A stretch of DNA of 64,000 nt from Candidatus Omnitrophota bacterium (GCA_043821445.1 JBDRCT010000005.1:2593-66592); one strand, 5' to 3'; shown: positions 44,310 to 54,853, counted from the first letter of the stretch. Notes: a model not told the origin generated them from the sequence alone. Program-made: numbers and translations.

Positions 44310-45872
44310 CTACTTGACCCGGACCACCATAAGCGTCAGGTCGTCAAAGGGCGGGGCTTGGCCGATGAATTCCTTGATCCCGTCCTGGATCTTCATAAAA
44401 AGATCATGGGCTCCGAGAGAACTGTTCTGTGCGATCAACTGCTTGAGTCTTTCGATACCAAACATTTCGCCGTGGGCTGCCCGGGCCTCAATCACTCCGT
44501 CCGTATACATCACGAGAAGGTCTTGAGAAGCAAGCTGGATCGTCTCTTCCGGATAGGTTTGTTCCGGAAGAATGCCCACGGGGACCCCGTTCGTTGTGAT
44601 CTCGGTAAAGGCTCTCTCTTTGGATTTGAACCATAAGGGCGGATAATGACCTGCGTTAGCACAAGTCATCTGCTTCTTTTTTGTGTCATACAGCAGGTAG
44701 AGGACCGTGATGAACATCCCCTTCCCCGAGGAGGCATCTGCCGCAATATAATTGTTCGACCGGCTCAAGGTCTCTCCCGGATGCGTCACTTCCGAGGAGA
44801 TCACTCTGAACACACTGCGGGAACGGGTCATATAAAGAGTTCCGGGAAGCCCCTTCCCGGAAGCGTCGGCGATGATAAAACCTATCTGGTCGCGCGAAGG
44901 AACGGAAAGAAAATCATAATAATCCCCTCCCACTTCTTTGGCGGGGACGCTCTTGGCCTCGATCTCCAGTCCCTCGACGTCGGGAGGATGTTCGGGAAAG
45001 ATCGATTGCTGGATCTCGGTCGCGATCTCTAATTCGCGTCTCACGCGTTCGTTCTCACGCACCGTCTCCGCTAACTCAAGCATGATACGCTTAAGGGATA
45101 TCGTCATTTCGTTGAAGATCCCGGACATGCGATTGAATTCGGTCTCGGAGAAATGTTCCAGTTTATGTTCGAGATCGCCGCCCCCCACCGTTTCCATTCC
45201 TTTGACCACCCGCCGTATCGGCCTTGTGAGCCAGATCGAGCTCAAGAGACCGCCTGCGAGCGAAAAACCAAGGCAGGCTGCCATCGAGATGAGGAAGAGG
45301 TTGGAAAATTCCTGCCGGATCTGAAAAACCGTCTGCTGGGCGATATCGATCCCGATGATCCCGGCAGTTTCTCCTGAGCGCGTCTTCACGGGGGCAAAAG
45401 CCGAGACCCAGGTGCCCCACCGGTCGGTCTTGGCTTGCAGATCCGCGTAGGGTTTTTGAAATCCTATCCGGATCTCCGGGACATCACGAATATCATAGCG
45501 CTCCCCGCAACCCACGGGTGTGCGTTCGCGATCAGCGTTCGTTACAAAACGGACATAATCCGGATCCGGATCCGCCACCATGATGTAAGCATCAAAAATA
45601 TCATGATCGACCGCGCGAACGCTCCGGAGTTTCTTGATCAAGGCCAGGGTTTCAGGGAAATTTTCGCAACCCGTCTTAGGAGAGATCGCCTGGATATCTT
45701 CGCCCGTGATCAGGCTGGCGCTGACTTCGGTAAGGTTCTCGAGGTATTTTTTAAAGGCGTCGTCGCGAAGCTTCGTCGCTTTGAAGTAGAAAAAAGTAAA
45801 GATGCCCACGAGCACAAACGCGCTCGAAAGAAAAAAAACGATCGAAAGACGGGCCGCAAAGCTTCTGAACAT
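44310..45872 (-). CDS. SpoIIE/RsbU-type PP2C phosphatase with periplasmic sensor and HAMP
   Basis: EVGGDYYD, IADASGKG, NAGH, YTDGVIEA, DDLT. Confidence 0.93.
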   Translation of the reverse strand: MFRSFAARLSIVFFLSSAFVLVGIFTFFYFKATKLRDDAFKKYLENLTEVSASLITGEDIQAISPKTGCENFPETLALIKKLRSVRAVDHDIFDAYIMVADPDPDYVRFVTNADRERTPVGCGERYDIRDVPEIRIGFQKPYADLQAKTDRWGTWVSAFAPVKTRSGETAGIIGIDIAQQTVFQIRQEFSNLFLISMAACLGFSLAGGLLSSIWLTRPIRRVVKGMETVGGGDLEHKLEHFSETEFNRMSGIFNEMTISLKRIMLELAETVRENERVRRELEIATEIQQSIFPEHPPDVEGLEIEAKSVPAKEVGGDYYDFLSVPSRDQIGFIIADASGKGLPGTLYMTRSRSVFRVISSEVTHPGETLSRSNNYIAADASSGKGMFITVLYLLYDTKKKQMTCANAGHYPPLWFKSKERAFTEITTNGVPVGILPEQTYPEETIQLASQDLLVMYTDGVIEARAAHGEMFGIERLKQLIAQNSSLGAHDLFMKIQDGIKEFIGQAPPFDDLTLMVVRVK

Positions 45873-45992
45873 GCCCGCATTCTAGCTTCCTTCAAACGGA
45901 AAAGCCACTTGGAATAGTGGGTCTGGATAAGAAATTCTCTTTCATAAAGCAAAACAGGGTCGTTTTTTCCGGAGAGATCGCTTTTTAAAACG

Positions 45993-48900
45993 TCAGGGGT
46001 TGGGATCCCGCGGGGAAATAAGTTCTTCTATTTTTTTTTCGAGGGTAAGCAAGGTTGCTTCCAAGTGCCGGGCACGGGCTTGGACTTTCATGTGGGCCCT
46101 TTTTTCTTCCTCGAGTTTTTCTTCGAGAGTCTTTTGGGCGATCCCTTTTTCGTTCAAAAGCTTTTCTTTCTCTTGGATCGTCTTCGTCAAGGCCTCCAGA
46201 ATGCGGATCTTTTCATCCTTTTCTCTCATTATCTGTTCTTTTTCGTCTTCAAGTCCATCGCATTGTCTCCGGACGTCTCGAGTTTGAACCTCGGCCTGAG
46301 CCAGAGCCTCGTCAAGATCTTTGATCTTGGCTAAAGCATTTTCGATCTCTTCCTTTTTTTTCTCGATTTTTCCGGCGAGAGATTCCTTTTCTTGTTCTGA
46401 AGCCACGAGCTCTGAGAGCCGGTCTTCCAGGTTTTTCCCCAAAGACAGCTTTTCTTCTTCGAGGCGCGCAAGATCCCGCTCAAGATTGTGCCGCTCATGC
46501 TCTAATCGCTTTTTGTCGTCCTCCAAAGACACTACCGCCTTGGCTCTCTCTTCTCCGGCCTTCACCAAAGCTTCCTTATCCCGCCACAAGCGATCCTTCT
46601 CGGACCTCAAAACTTCGGAATCATGATTCGCTCCCTCCAGATCCTTCTCCAATCCCTGGATCTTCCCTCTCAACTCCTCCAAGGTCTTCTCCGCTTCACG
46701 AAGTTTGTATCCCAACTGAACCGCTTCCTCCCCCTTCGCGGAAAGTTCTATCCTCAGGGATTCTCTCCCGCTCTCAAGCCGGCTCTTCTCTTCCTCCAGC
46801 GCAAGACGCTGCTTCTCGCGGGCTTCCAGTTCCATACGATGCTTCTCGGTCAGTTCGGCAGCGTTCGTTTCTCTCGCCTTAACCTCGGCTTCCTTCTCAG
46901 CGCATTTTGCCTCCCACCCCCGGATCTCCTCCCGCAACCGCGCTTCCTCCGCCGCCTTCGTTTCAAGTTCGCCGGACAACTGTTTCTTTTCATTTTCTAA
47001 AGACTGGGTCAGACCACGGCCCTCTTCCGAGGCCTTCTCAAATTCGAGGATCCGGGCCTTCAAGATCTCCGACTCCTCTTCCTTCGCACCCAAAGCTTTC
47101 TCAAGACTGTGTTTCTCATTCTCGAAATGCTTCTTATCGTCCCCCAAAGCAACAACAACGGCGCGGCTCTTCTCCAATATTTCCCTGGACTCGCGAAGCC
47201 GGGTCTTCAAGACCTCCGACTCTTCCTCCTTCGTGCCAAGATCCTTCTCAAGCTGATGTCTTTTATCCTCTAACTGCTTTTTGTCGTCCTCCAAAGCGGT
47301 AATAATGGCGCGGCCCTCCTCCGAGGCCTTCTCAAATTCGAGGATCCGGGTCTTCAAAGTCTCCGACTCTTCTTCCTTTGTATCGAGGTCTTTTTCAAAA
47401 CGAGCCTTCGCTTCCTCTGCCTCCGTTAACGCCTTGGCTTTTTCGGAAAGCTCTGTCTCGAGAGATTTTTTCTCACCCTCAAGCCGGCTCTTCTCTCCCT
47501 CCAACGCAAGACGCTGCTTCTCGTGGGCTTCCACCGCCATCCGGTGTTTCTCGGTCAGTTCGGCAGCGCTCACTTCGCTCTCAGCGCGTTTTGCCTCCAA
47601 CCCACGGATCTCCTCCCGCAACCGCGCTTCCTCCGCCACCTTCGTCTCAAGTTCTTTGGATAACTGCTCCTTTTCATCCTTCAAAGACTGGATCAGGCCG
47701 TGGCTCTTTTCCGAGGTCTCCTCAAATTCTCGGATCCGGGCCTTCAAAGTTTCGGACTCTTCTTTCTTCACGCCAAGATCCTTCTCAAGACGGGCCTTCG
47801 CTTCCTCTGCCTCGGCCAGCGCCCGGGCTTTCTCTTCCCCTGCCCTTAACAAAGCCTCCTTCTCCCGCTCCAAGCATTCCTTTTCAGAGCTCAAAACCCC
47901 GGAACCGCGGTGCGCTCCCTCCAGATCCTTCTCAAGACGGGCCTTCACTTCCTCTGCCTCGGCCAATGCCCGGGCTTTCTCTTCCCCGGCTCTTAACAAA
48001 GCCTCCTTCTCCCGCTCCAAGCGTTCCTTCTCAGAGCTCAAGACCCCGGAATCGCGATGCGCTCCCTCCAGATCCTTCTCAAGACGAACCTTCACTTCCT
48101 CTCTCTTTGCCAACGCCTTGGCCTTTTCGGAAAGTTCTATCCTCAGGGATTTTTTCTCGCCCTCAAGTTGGCTCTTCTCCTCCTCCAGCGCAAGGCGATG
48201 TTTCTCATGGGCTTCCACTGCCATCCGGTGTTTCTCGGTCAGTTCGACAGTGCTTGCTTCCCTTTCAGCGCGTTTTGTCTCCAACCCCCGGATCTCTTCC
48301 CACAACCGCGCTTCCTCCGCCACCTTCGTTTCAAGTTCCCTGGATAATTGCTCCTTTTCATCCTCCAAGGACCGGATCCGGTCGTGACTCTCCTCTGAGG
48401 CCTCCTCAAATTCGCGGAGCCGGGCCTTCAAGTTTTCAGATTCTTCCTCTTTCGTACCAAGATCTTTCTCGAGACGGGCACGGATTTCCTCCAAAGATGT
48501 TAACGCATGGGCTTTTTCTTCGAAGCTTTGTATTTGTGCACGCGCGATCCTGACTTCCGTCTCAAGTTCGGCCGCCCTTTTCCCTGCTTTTTCCCCGTCA
48601 CCGCGAATGCGTTTGATCACGTCGATCAGCAGGGCATTCTCTTTTTCCAAAGCTTTTTTCTTATTTTCCTCATAAGCAGGTTTTGTTTTATAAGCTTCTA
48701 CGTGGGCCCTTTTTTCCGCCGCCAGATCCTCTTCGAGTCCCTCGCATTTCTTTCTCAGCTCCTCGATACGGGCCTCCAAGCGTTTTTTTTCAAACCCTGC
48801 CTTATCCACCCCGGATGTCAGGTACTCATCTTTATTTTCATGGAGAAATTGCGAGGGCGAGCCGAGCGAGTACACTTTGGAAGGAGGGGGTGCTTGGGAA

Positions 48901-49115
48901 GCACCGGAGTCTTTGGGCAATTCTTTCTTTTTTTCCAGAAGATCTATGAGATCCATAAGTTCCACCAGGCTGATTTTCGGAGGGGCTCCCGAGGCCTCCC
49001 CCTTGAGTGCGTCGCATCGCTTGGCATAATAGCTGGTCAAAGTATCTGCGACCGCATTTGAAAGACGTCCGCTCTTCACCAGTTTTTGGATCTGTTCCTC
49101 AAAAGAACTTGTCAT
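45993..49115 (-). CDS. Long E/K-rich coiled-coil protein with internal repeats
   Basis: About 900 aa of heptad-like sequence; no Walker motifs, TM or signal peptide seen. Confidence 0.85.
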   Translation of the reverse strand: MTSSFEEQIQKLVKSGRLSNAVADTLTSYYAKRCDALKGEASGAPPKISLVELMDLIDLLEKKKELPKDSGASQAPPPSKVYSLGSPSQFLHENKDEYLTSGVDKAGFEKKRLEARIEELRKKCEGLEEDLAAEKRAHVEAYKTKPAYEENKKKALEKENALLIDVIKRIRGDGEKAGKRAAELETEVRIARAQIQSFEEKAHALTSLEEIRARLEKDLGTKEEESENLKARLREFEEASEESHDRIRSLEDEKEQLSRELETKVAEEARLWEEIRGLETKRAEREASTVELTEKHRMAVEAHEKHRLALEEEKSQLEGEKKSLRIELSEKAKALAKREEVKVRLEKDLEGAHRDSGVLSSEKERLEREKEALLRAGEEKARALAEAEEVKARLEKDLEGAHRGSGVLSSEKECLEREKEALLRAGEEKARALAEAEEAKARLEKDLGVKKEESETLKARIREFEETSEKSHGLIQSLKDEKEQLSKELETKVAEEARLREEIRGLEAKRAESEVSAAELTEKHRMAVEAHEKQRLALEGEKSRLEGEKKSLETELSEKAKALTEAEEAKARFEKDLDTKEEESETLKTRILEFEKASEEGRAIITALEDDKKQLEDKRHQLEKDLGTKEEESEVLKTRLRESREILEKSRAVVVALGDDKKHFENEKHSLEKALGAKEEESEILKARILEFEKASEEGRGLTQSLENEKKQLSGELETKAAEEARLREEIRGWEAKCAEKEAEVKARETNAAELTEKHRMELEAREKQRLALEEEKSRLESGRESLRIELSAKGEEAVQLGYKLREAEKTLEELRGKIQGLEKDLEGANHDSEVLRSEKDRLWRDKEALVKAGEERAKAVVSLEDDKKRLEHERHNLERDLARLEEEKLSLGKNLEDRLSELVASEQEKESLAGKIEKKKEEIENALAKIKDLDEALAQAEVQTRDVRRQCDGLEDEKEQIMREKDEKIRILEALTKTIQEKEKLLNEKGIAQKTLEEKLEEEKRAHMKVQARARHLEATLLTLEKKIEELISPRDPNP
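47777..48087. repeat. Intragenic 147-bp tandem repeat
   Basis: GATCCTTCTCAAGACG recurs at 47777, 47924 and 48071 with near-identical intervening DNA (49 codons, 7 heptads). Confidence 0.88.
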
Positions 49116-49309
49116 TTTAAACTTCCCCGGCGCACAACATCCGGACCTTGGTGGAAGCGCCGGGAAGACTCACTCCCCCTGCCATCCCTGACGCGGGAGA
49201 ACCGATTCTGAAGAAGCGGGACTGAATATCCATGGCCGCTGGGAGCTCGGCCGTTCTTTGAATCACCGGAACCTTTTTGCGGCCACTTCGTATTTTCCTC
49301 CGGGAGATG

Positions 49310-50488
49310 CTAGGGTGTTTTCCGGAAAGATTCCAAGTAATGCTTAACCACAAGGCACTTCTCTTCATGCTCGCGGATGATCGCTTCGATGAGCATGTCG
49401 CGGGCTTCCTCCGTCAAATTTTCGGGGCCGACAGGTTCCTCGCCTATCATTTTAGACACATCATTGGTCCTTGAGAAGATCGCCCTTGCCCATTCCCGCT
49501 CGTCACACTTACCAAGCAGATACAGAGCCGTCATCACAAACTGGCCCCCGTTGAGACTGCCCAGGTTCACAAGCGCTGCTTTTTGGGGGCCCGTAAAACC
49601 GGAAACGATCTCCTGAAACAGGTCGATAATTTTCCTCCAGTCTTCGCCCGTATACCGGTCCCAGGCATTAAGAGAGAACCCATGCTGCTGTAAAAATAGT
49701 TTTGCCTTATTTTGTTGCATTTCTTGATAGAGTGAGGAAATGGGGTACCCGGCCGCAGGCTCAAAAATAGGGTCCGCGCGCAACCAACCCGGGAGATTTT
49801 GAGAAAGGTCACCCCCTTTATCCATAAGATCCATCTCCGAAGAGGCCAAAAGATACGCGCTGAAAGTGTGGGGCTGAATGATCACCCCATTCTCAATAAG
49901 CAAGTCTCCCTGCTCTTTGAAATCGGCTACGATCCTCTCAAACAATGCTTTGCTTTCCGACTCGATCACATGGCCGTGAACACTCTTGATGAGCTCCTCA
50001 CCGACCTGCAGACAATATTTGCTTTCCCGGCTGATCAACTTCGCATCTTTGAGCGATACCGCTTTCAAAAGCCCCGCCCTGATCATTTCTTGCAGAACTT
50101 TCTGGCGATGGTCCAGCGCGGTCCGCATGCCGGGGTCCATTTGGAGCGCCGCGTCAAAACACTTGAGCGCATCCTTGAACTTTCCGTTCGTCAACAACAC
50201 GGAGCCCTGATCGACCAGTGCGCGCTTACGTAAGAAATTGCAGTACAATGCTTCTTCGTAACATTCGAAAGCCTTGCTCGGTTTTCCAAGCCTGTCGTGA
50301 CAACGGCCCAGATTCACCCAGGCCTCTTCATTATCGCCGTGGATCGCTAACGCCCTTTCATAACATGACTTAGCCTTCCCCCAAGCCTTGTATTTTATAA
50401 ACTCAAGAGCTTCTTTCATGAATTTTTCGCATGCGCACCCTGATTCCTCATGCATAGACATCCTCCCTTCTAAAAGTTCAGATCTCAT
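49310..50488 (-). CDS. TPR protein with an uncharacterised C-terminal domain
   Basis: About three TPRs (AWVNLGRCHDRLG..AFECYEEAL) then a globular region. Confidence 0.75.
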   Translation of the reverse strand: MRSELLEGRMSMHEESGCACEKFMKEALEFIKYKAWGKAKSCYERALAIHGDNEEAWVNLGRCHDRLGKPSKAFECYEEALYCNFLRKRALVDQGSVLLTNGKFKDALKCFDAALQMDPGMRTALDHRQKVLQEMIRAGLLKAVSLKDAKLISRESKYCLQVGEELIKSVHGHVIESESKALFERIVADFKEQGDLLIENGVIIQPHTFSAYLLASSEMDLMDKGGDLSQNLPGWLRADPIFEPAAGYPISSLYQEMQQNKAKLFLQQHGFSLNAWDRYTGEDWRKIIDLFQEIVSGFTGPQKAALVNLGSLNGGQFVMTALYLLGKCDEREWARAIFSRTNDVSKMIGEEPVGPENLTEEARDMLIEAIIREHEEKCLVVKHYLESFRKTP

Positions 50489-50630
50489 GGCAACAAAACG
50501 CTGGACGGCTTAACGACCCTCCCGGACTTCGCAGCCACGGCTATTGTACTGGATAATGGAACACATGAAAAGACATCCAGTCATAAAAATTTCCGCGTTT
50601 CTAGGGGGAAAAAGCGCCCTCATCCGGACC

Positions 50631-51683
50631 TTACCCCTTGGACCGCACTCCCCCCGGATCGAGTTTGATCCCCTTCTGCCACGCCCAGCTGCTCGAAAGG
50701 GCGTCCTTGAGCGGCAGCTTTGCGTGCCAGCGCAGTTCTTTTTCCGCTTTGCCGACCGCGGCGTAGATCTTTGTAATGTCGCCGGGACGGCGCGGCGCAA
50801 TCTTGTGAGGCACTTTCACGCCTGTCACCTTCTCGAATGTGCGGAGGATCTCAAGAACGCTGTGCCCGCGGCCTGTGCCGATATTAAAAACATCGTAGAA
50901 CGTCCGGGTGCGCTTTTGCTCCAGATACATCAGCGCCCGGACATGGGCCCCGGCGAGGTCCATCACATGAATGTAATCCCGGATGCATGTTCCGTCGGGT
51001 GTGGGATAATTATTTCCGTATACTCGAAGAATCCTGCGAAGACCCGCCGCCGTTTGGGTGATGAACGGCACGAGATTCTTCGGGACCCCGAGCGGAAGTT
51101 CGCCGATAAGCCCCGAGGGATGCGCACCGATAGGGTTGAAATAGCGCAACGAGACCGCCTTCAGGGGCACGCCGCTCTGGATAAACGTTTCGAGCATCCG
51201 CTCTGCGATCTTTTTTGTTTCTCCGTAAGGCGATGCCGCTTTTTTGACCGGAGCGTTCTCACGGACGGGAAGCTTGTCGGGATTACCATAGATCGTGCAG
51301 GAAGAGGAAAAAACAAAATTCGGCACCCGGTATTGCTCCGCAGCTTTCAGCATCGTCAGCATGCCGCCGAGGTTATTGCGATAATACCGGAGAGGCTGGG
51401 ACACCGACTCCTCCACGGCCTTAAGCGCCGCGAAGTGGATGATGCCGTGAAAATGCCCTTCCTTTCTGAAAACCCGGGCTACGTCCCCGGGGACCGCGCA
51501 GTCGCCGGTATGTAAAGGCACGTTCCGTCCCGCAATCTTCCGGATCCTTGCAATGATGAACCTTTCGGAATTCGAGAAATTATCCAGGATCACGGGCTCA
51601 TAGCCCGCGCGCACTAACTCGACCACAGTATGCGACCCGATATAACCCGCTCCGCCGGTCACCAGTATCTTCTTCGCTCTCAT
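50631..51683 (-). CDS. galE: UDP-glucose 4-epimerase
   Basis: TGGAGYIGSH, HFAALKAV, YGETK, LRYFNPIGAH, DGTCIRDYIHV. Confidence 0.95.
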   Translation of the reverse strand: MRAKKILVTGGAGYIGSHTVVELVRAGYEPVILDNFSNSERFIIARIRKIAGRNVPLHTGDCAVPGDVARVFRKEGHFHGIIHFAALKAVEESVSQPLRYYRNNLGGMLTMLKAAEQYRVPNFVFSSSCTIYGNPDKLPVRENAPVKKAASPYGETKKIAERMLETFIQSGVPLKAVSLRYFNPIGAHPSGLIGELPLGVPKNLVPFITQTAAGLRRILRVYGNNYPTPDGTCIRDYIHVMDLAGAHVRALMYLEQKRTRTFYDVFNIGTGRGHSVLEILRTFEKVTGVKVPHKIAPRRPGDITKIYAAVGKAEKELRWHAKLPLKDALSSSWAWQKGIKLDPGGVRSKG

Positions 51684-51731
51684 GGAATCTCCTGCCCCCA
51701 ATTATATCAAGCGATCAGGTGGGTCTTTGAA

Positions 51732-52697
51732 CTAAGATGATTGAATTTTTTCATAAAGTTGTGCGGCTAAATCTTTGTTGAGATTATTTAATATTGCGTA
51801 CTGTTTTAACGCAGAGTCTTTCTTATGAAGAGATAAATGTGCCATTCCAAGATTGTAATAGGCCATAGCATTCCGAGCATCCAGGGAGAGGGCCTTGTCA
51901 AAAAGCTCGATCGCTTTTTGGGCATCATCTTTCTGGAGGTAGACATTACCCAAACCGGCGTAAGCATTAGAATCCTTGTCGTTCAAGGAGACGGCCTTGT
52001 CAAAAGACTCGATCGCTTTTTGGGCATCACCTTTCCGGAGGTAGGCATTCCCCAAACTGGCGTAAACATTGGAATCCTTGGCGTTCAAGGAGACGGCCTT
52101 GTTAAAAGACTCGATGGCTTTGTCGGCATTGCCTTGGCTGGAATAGATATTACCCAAACCGACATAACTATAGAGATCCTGTGGATTCAGGGAGAGGGCC
52201 TTGTTATAAGACTCGATCGCTTGATCGGCATTGCCTTGGCTGAAATAGATATTGCCCAAACCGACGTAAGCACTGGAATCTTCGGCAGCCAAGGAGATGG
52301 CTTTGTTATAACACTCGATCGCTTTATCGAGATTGCCTTTTCGGAAATAGAGATTACCTAAACCGCCGTAAGCATAGAGATTTTCCGGATCCAGGGAAAT
52401 GGCCTTGTCAAAAGACTCGATCGCTTTGTCGAGATCGCCTCTCCTGGAATAGAGATTACCCAGATCGACGTAAGCAAAGAGACTCTCCGGGTCCAGGGAA
52501 ATGGCCTCATGGAAGGATTCGATCGCTTTATCGCTGTCGCCCTTTGCCGCCTCTTCCCTCCCCGCGATAATACACTGGTCTGCCGTGACAACATTTTCTG
52601 CATCGGCTGCATAACTGCTTGGATGACTACAAATAAAAAATACTATGGGGGCCAAAAATACTAGGTTTATGGGTCTAAAAAACGAGTGTTTTTTCAT
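51732..52697 (-). CDS. Exported TPR protein (8 repeats)
   Basis: Signal peptide ending HPSSYA; eight 34-aa repeats of type AYxxLGNxY..KGxxDKAIESF.KAISL; start set at ATG 52697. Confidence 0.9.
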   Translation of the reverse strand: MKKHSFFRPINLVFLAPIVFFICSHPSSYAADAENVVTADQCIIAGREEAAKGDSDKAIESFHEAISLDPESLFAYVDLGNLYSRRGDLDKAIESFDKAISLDPENLYAYGGLGNLYFRKGNLDKAIECYNKAISLAAEDSSAYVGLGNIYFSQGNADQAIESYNKALSLNPQDLYSYVGLGNIYSSQGNADKAIESFNKAVSLNAKDSNVYASLGNAYLRKGDAQKAIESFDKAVSLNDKDSNAYAGLGNVYLQKDDAQKAIELFDKALSLDARNAMAYYNLGMAHLSLHKKDSALKQYAILNNLNKDLAAQLYEKIQSS

Positions 52698-52951
52698 GGT
52701 TGATCCCTCGCCTAAGTGGTCTGTTGCCGAAGCGAAATTGCCTGTTTGTTCTCGCTCTCTTCCGTAAACGATTGGACGGGACAGTATTAAGCGCTTTCTT
52801 TGCTGCCACAAGCACTTTTCCCCGTCTCATTCCGGCTTGCCCCGCTGAGTCAAGGTCCAAAGAGTGCAGAATCGGAGCTCCTGGCTTCACTACGGACGCC
52901 CTTTCGTCCACGAACTTAAAAGCTCGAGGGCTTTCTGGCCGGAGTTATCCA

Positions 52952-54817
52952 TTAATCGCCATAACCGCTACTGTTTAGTAATGATTCGGAGAGCCTCTCT
53001 TGATAGCCCGAATAGGCGCATGCTTTATAATACTTTGAATTCAATCCTTCAATGAGGTTCAGCCCGGTACCCTCCAGGTTTTCTTCGGCGATGTTCTCTC
53101 CCATGCCTTGATAGAAATATCCCTTGTACCGTTCATCTACATAATTTCCTATAAGTTTATCCGCGCCCGGGAAGTCATAACCCTGTCCAAAACCCTCCCA
53201 AAAATATCTCAGCATCTCTTCGTCTTTCTCATGAATGCTCTGGAGTGCAAACAAATAGGGTTCCATCCCGATATCAAATCCATCGATGCCCGCCTTGTGG
53301 TACAGGCGAAGAGCCATCTGGTGGGCTATCCCTCGCCCCAGACCTTTGAAACAGTGGAACCTGTCTTCCCGGCTAAAAGAAAATTCCTTGAGAAATTCCT
53401 CGACCCTGGCGACCATGGTTTTATCTGCATTATAATCATGAACCATACCCCATCCAAATCCTTGTAAAAAAAATTTCCTTTTGGAAAAATCAATGTTTTT
53501 TATCTGCTCTACAATTTGAGCGTAATGAAAATTCGAAGCGCCTATCTTCTCTCCCAACATCCGGTAAGAATAACCTTTATAAATGAACCCTTGGCCGATT
53601 TTCCCAAATGAAATGGACGTAATATTTTCATAAAGACCCGCCAACAAAATGGCGCCCCACACCGTTATGAATAATCCCTTGATGAGCCACTGCCTTGTTT
53701 GCATAAGCCTCTGGGATCCTAACGCAACGATCGCAAAAATAAATGGATAAAGAGGCACGATATACCCTGCGTTCTGCCACCCGGGCCATACCGTATATGA
53801 ACTTAAGATATAACACGGGAAAAAAACAAGCGGGAAAAGCAGAATGATGCTTTCTCGAGACAAAGGTTTTTCTTTTCCGATCTTTAAAGGAATTGCCAGT
53901 TTAAGGAGCGCATAGCGATTCATCCACAGCAGATACAAGAAACACACGGAGAAGAAGGCGTAATATAAATACTCCGGATATGACGGTAAGCGTTCGAAAT
54001 TAAACAGGCGAAGCAGATCTTTGGTGAGAAAATTTTTTGCCTTTAAAATAATATGAGAGAAAGACATCCCTTGAAAATTAACAGCTTGATAAAAAAATGT
54101 CACAAATCTGGTCCGGCCGCTACCGAGATCCACTGCGGACTCAAAATAAATTCTTGGGCTAAACCCTATGAAAGCAAATATCAGGAACAGGTAAAATTTG
54201 AGACTGAATATAAATTTCCTGTCAAAGGCGAACCAGAATATGAACAGAGTCAGCAGGGTTACACCGCAAAGATAAGAATAAAAAAACCCGAAGCCGGAAA
54301 TTAAGCCCAGCAGTATGAAATAAATATTTTTCTTTTTATGATCAAAAAAAATAAGGTAAGCCATAAACAGGATCGCTGCCGTAAAAAGACTTGACTCCGG
54401 ATGCGAGCCGATAGAAAGAACGGAACATTTTGTATATACGGTAGGGGAAAAGATAAATAACAGACTTGCGAGTATGGCTACCGATCGATTAAAGAACCTC
54501 TTTAATAACAGGTACCATAATACAAGCACTCCCAGCGAAAACAGGATGGGTACTATTTTTGCCGAGGCCCCAGAGGGACCCCATAGCAGGAAAAAAGGGA
54601 CCATGAGGATGCCATTCACTACAGAACCAAAATTATGATCATCCGGAAATAAGTTTTGAAACGGTAGAGAAGGCCCCTGGATCAACTCCATAGCAATGGT
54701 GCCGGGAAAAAATTCATTGGCATCATAAATGGCATCTCGTTGCGAAGAGACCAAAAAAAGCCTCAACGCAACAAAGAGGACTGCAAGGGCTGCTAATACG
54801 ATCTTATCTTTTTTCAT
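52952..54817 (-). CDS. GT-C fold (ArnT/PMT-like) glycosyltransferase
   Basis: Multi-TM, acidic residues in the first loop (YDANE), KRFFNRSVAILASLLFIFSP, soluble C-terminal domain. Confidence 0.75.
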   Translation of the reverse strand: MKKDKIVLAALAVLFVALRLFLVSSQRDAIYDANEFFPGTIAMELIQGPSLPFQNLFPDDHNFGSVVNGILMVPFFLLWGPSGASAKIVPILFSLGVLVLWYLLLKRFFNRSVAILASLLFIFSPTVYTKCSVLSIGSHPESSLFTAAILFMAYLIFFDHKKKNIYFILLGLISGFGFFYSYLCGVTLLTLFIFWFAFDRKFIFSLKFYLFLIFAFIGFSPRIYFESAVDLGSGRTRFVTFFYQAVNFQGMSFSHIILKAKNFLTKDLLRLFNFERLPSYPEYLYYAFFSVCFLYLLWMNRYALLKLAIPLKIGKEKPLSRESIILLFPLVFFPCYILSSYTVWPGWQNAGYIVPLYPFIFAIVALGSQRLMQTRQWLIKGLFITVWGAILLAGLYENITSISFGKIGQGFIYKGYSYRMLGEKIGASNFHYAQIVEQIKNIDFSKRKFFLQGFGWGMVHDYNADKTMVARVEEFLKEFSFSREDRFHCFKGLGRGIAHQMALRLYHKAGIDGFDIGMEPYLFALQSIHEKDEEMLRYFWEGFGQGYDFPGADKLIGNYVDERYKGYFYQGMGENIAEENLEGTGLNLIEGLNSKYYKACAYSGYQERLSESLLNSSGYGD

Positions 54818-54853
54818 CTTCGCACCAGAAATGTGGCCCTATCCCGTAAGAGA

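Noticed and set aside
45993-49115. SMC/Rad50 ATPase or phage tape-measure protein
   Set aside because: No Walker A/B, signature motif or hinge, and no phage genes nearby.
49117-49368. 83-aa minus-strand ORF between the TPR and coiled-coil genes
   Set aside because: No motif and it overlaps the TPR gene end; cannot be supported.
50546-50583. GTACTGGAT..ATCCAGT hairpin as a module
   Set aside because: The right end lacks the GKRC terminus; ambiguous.
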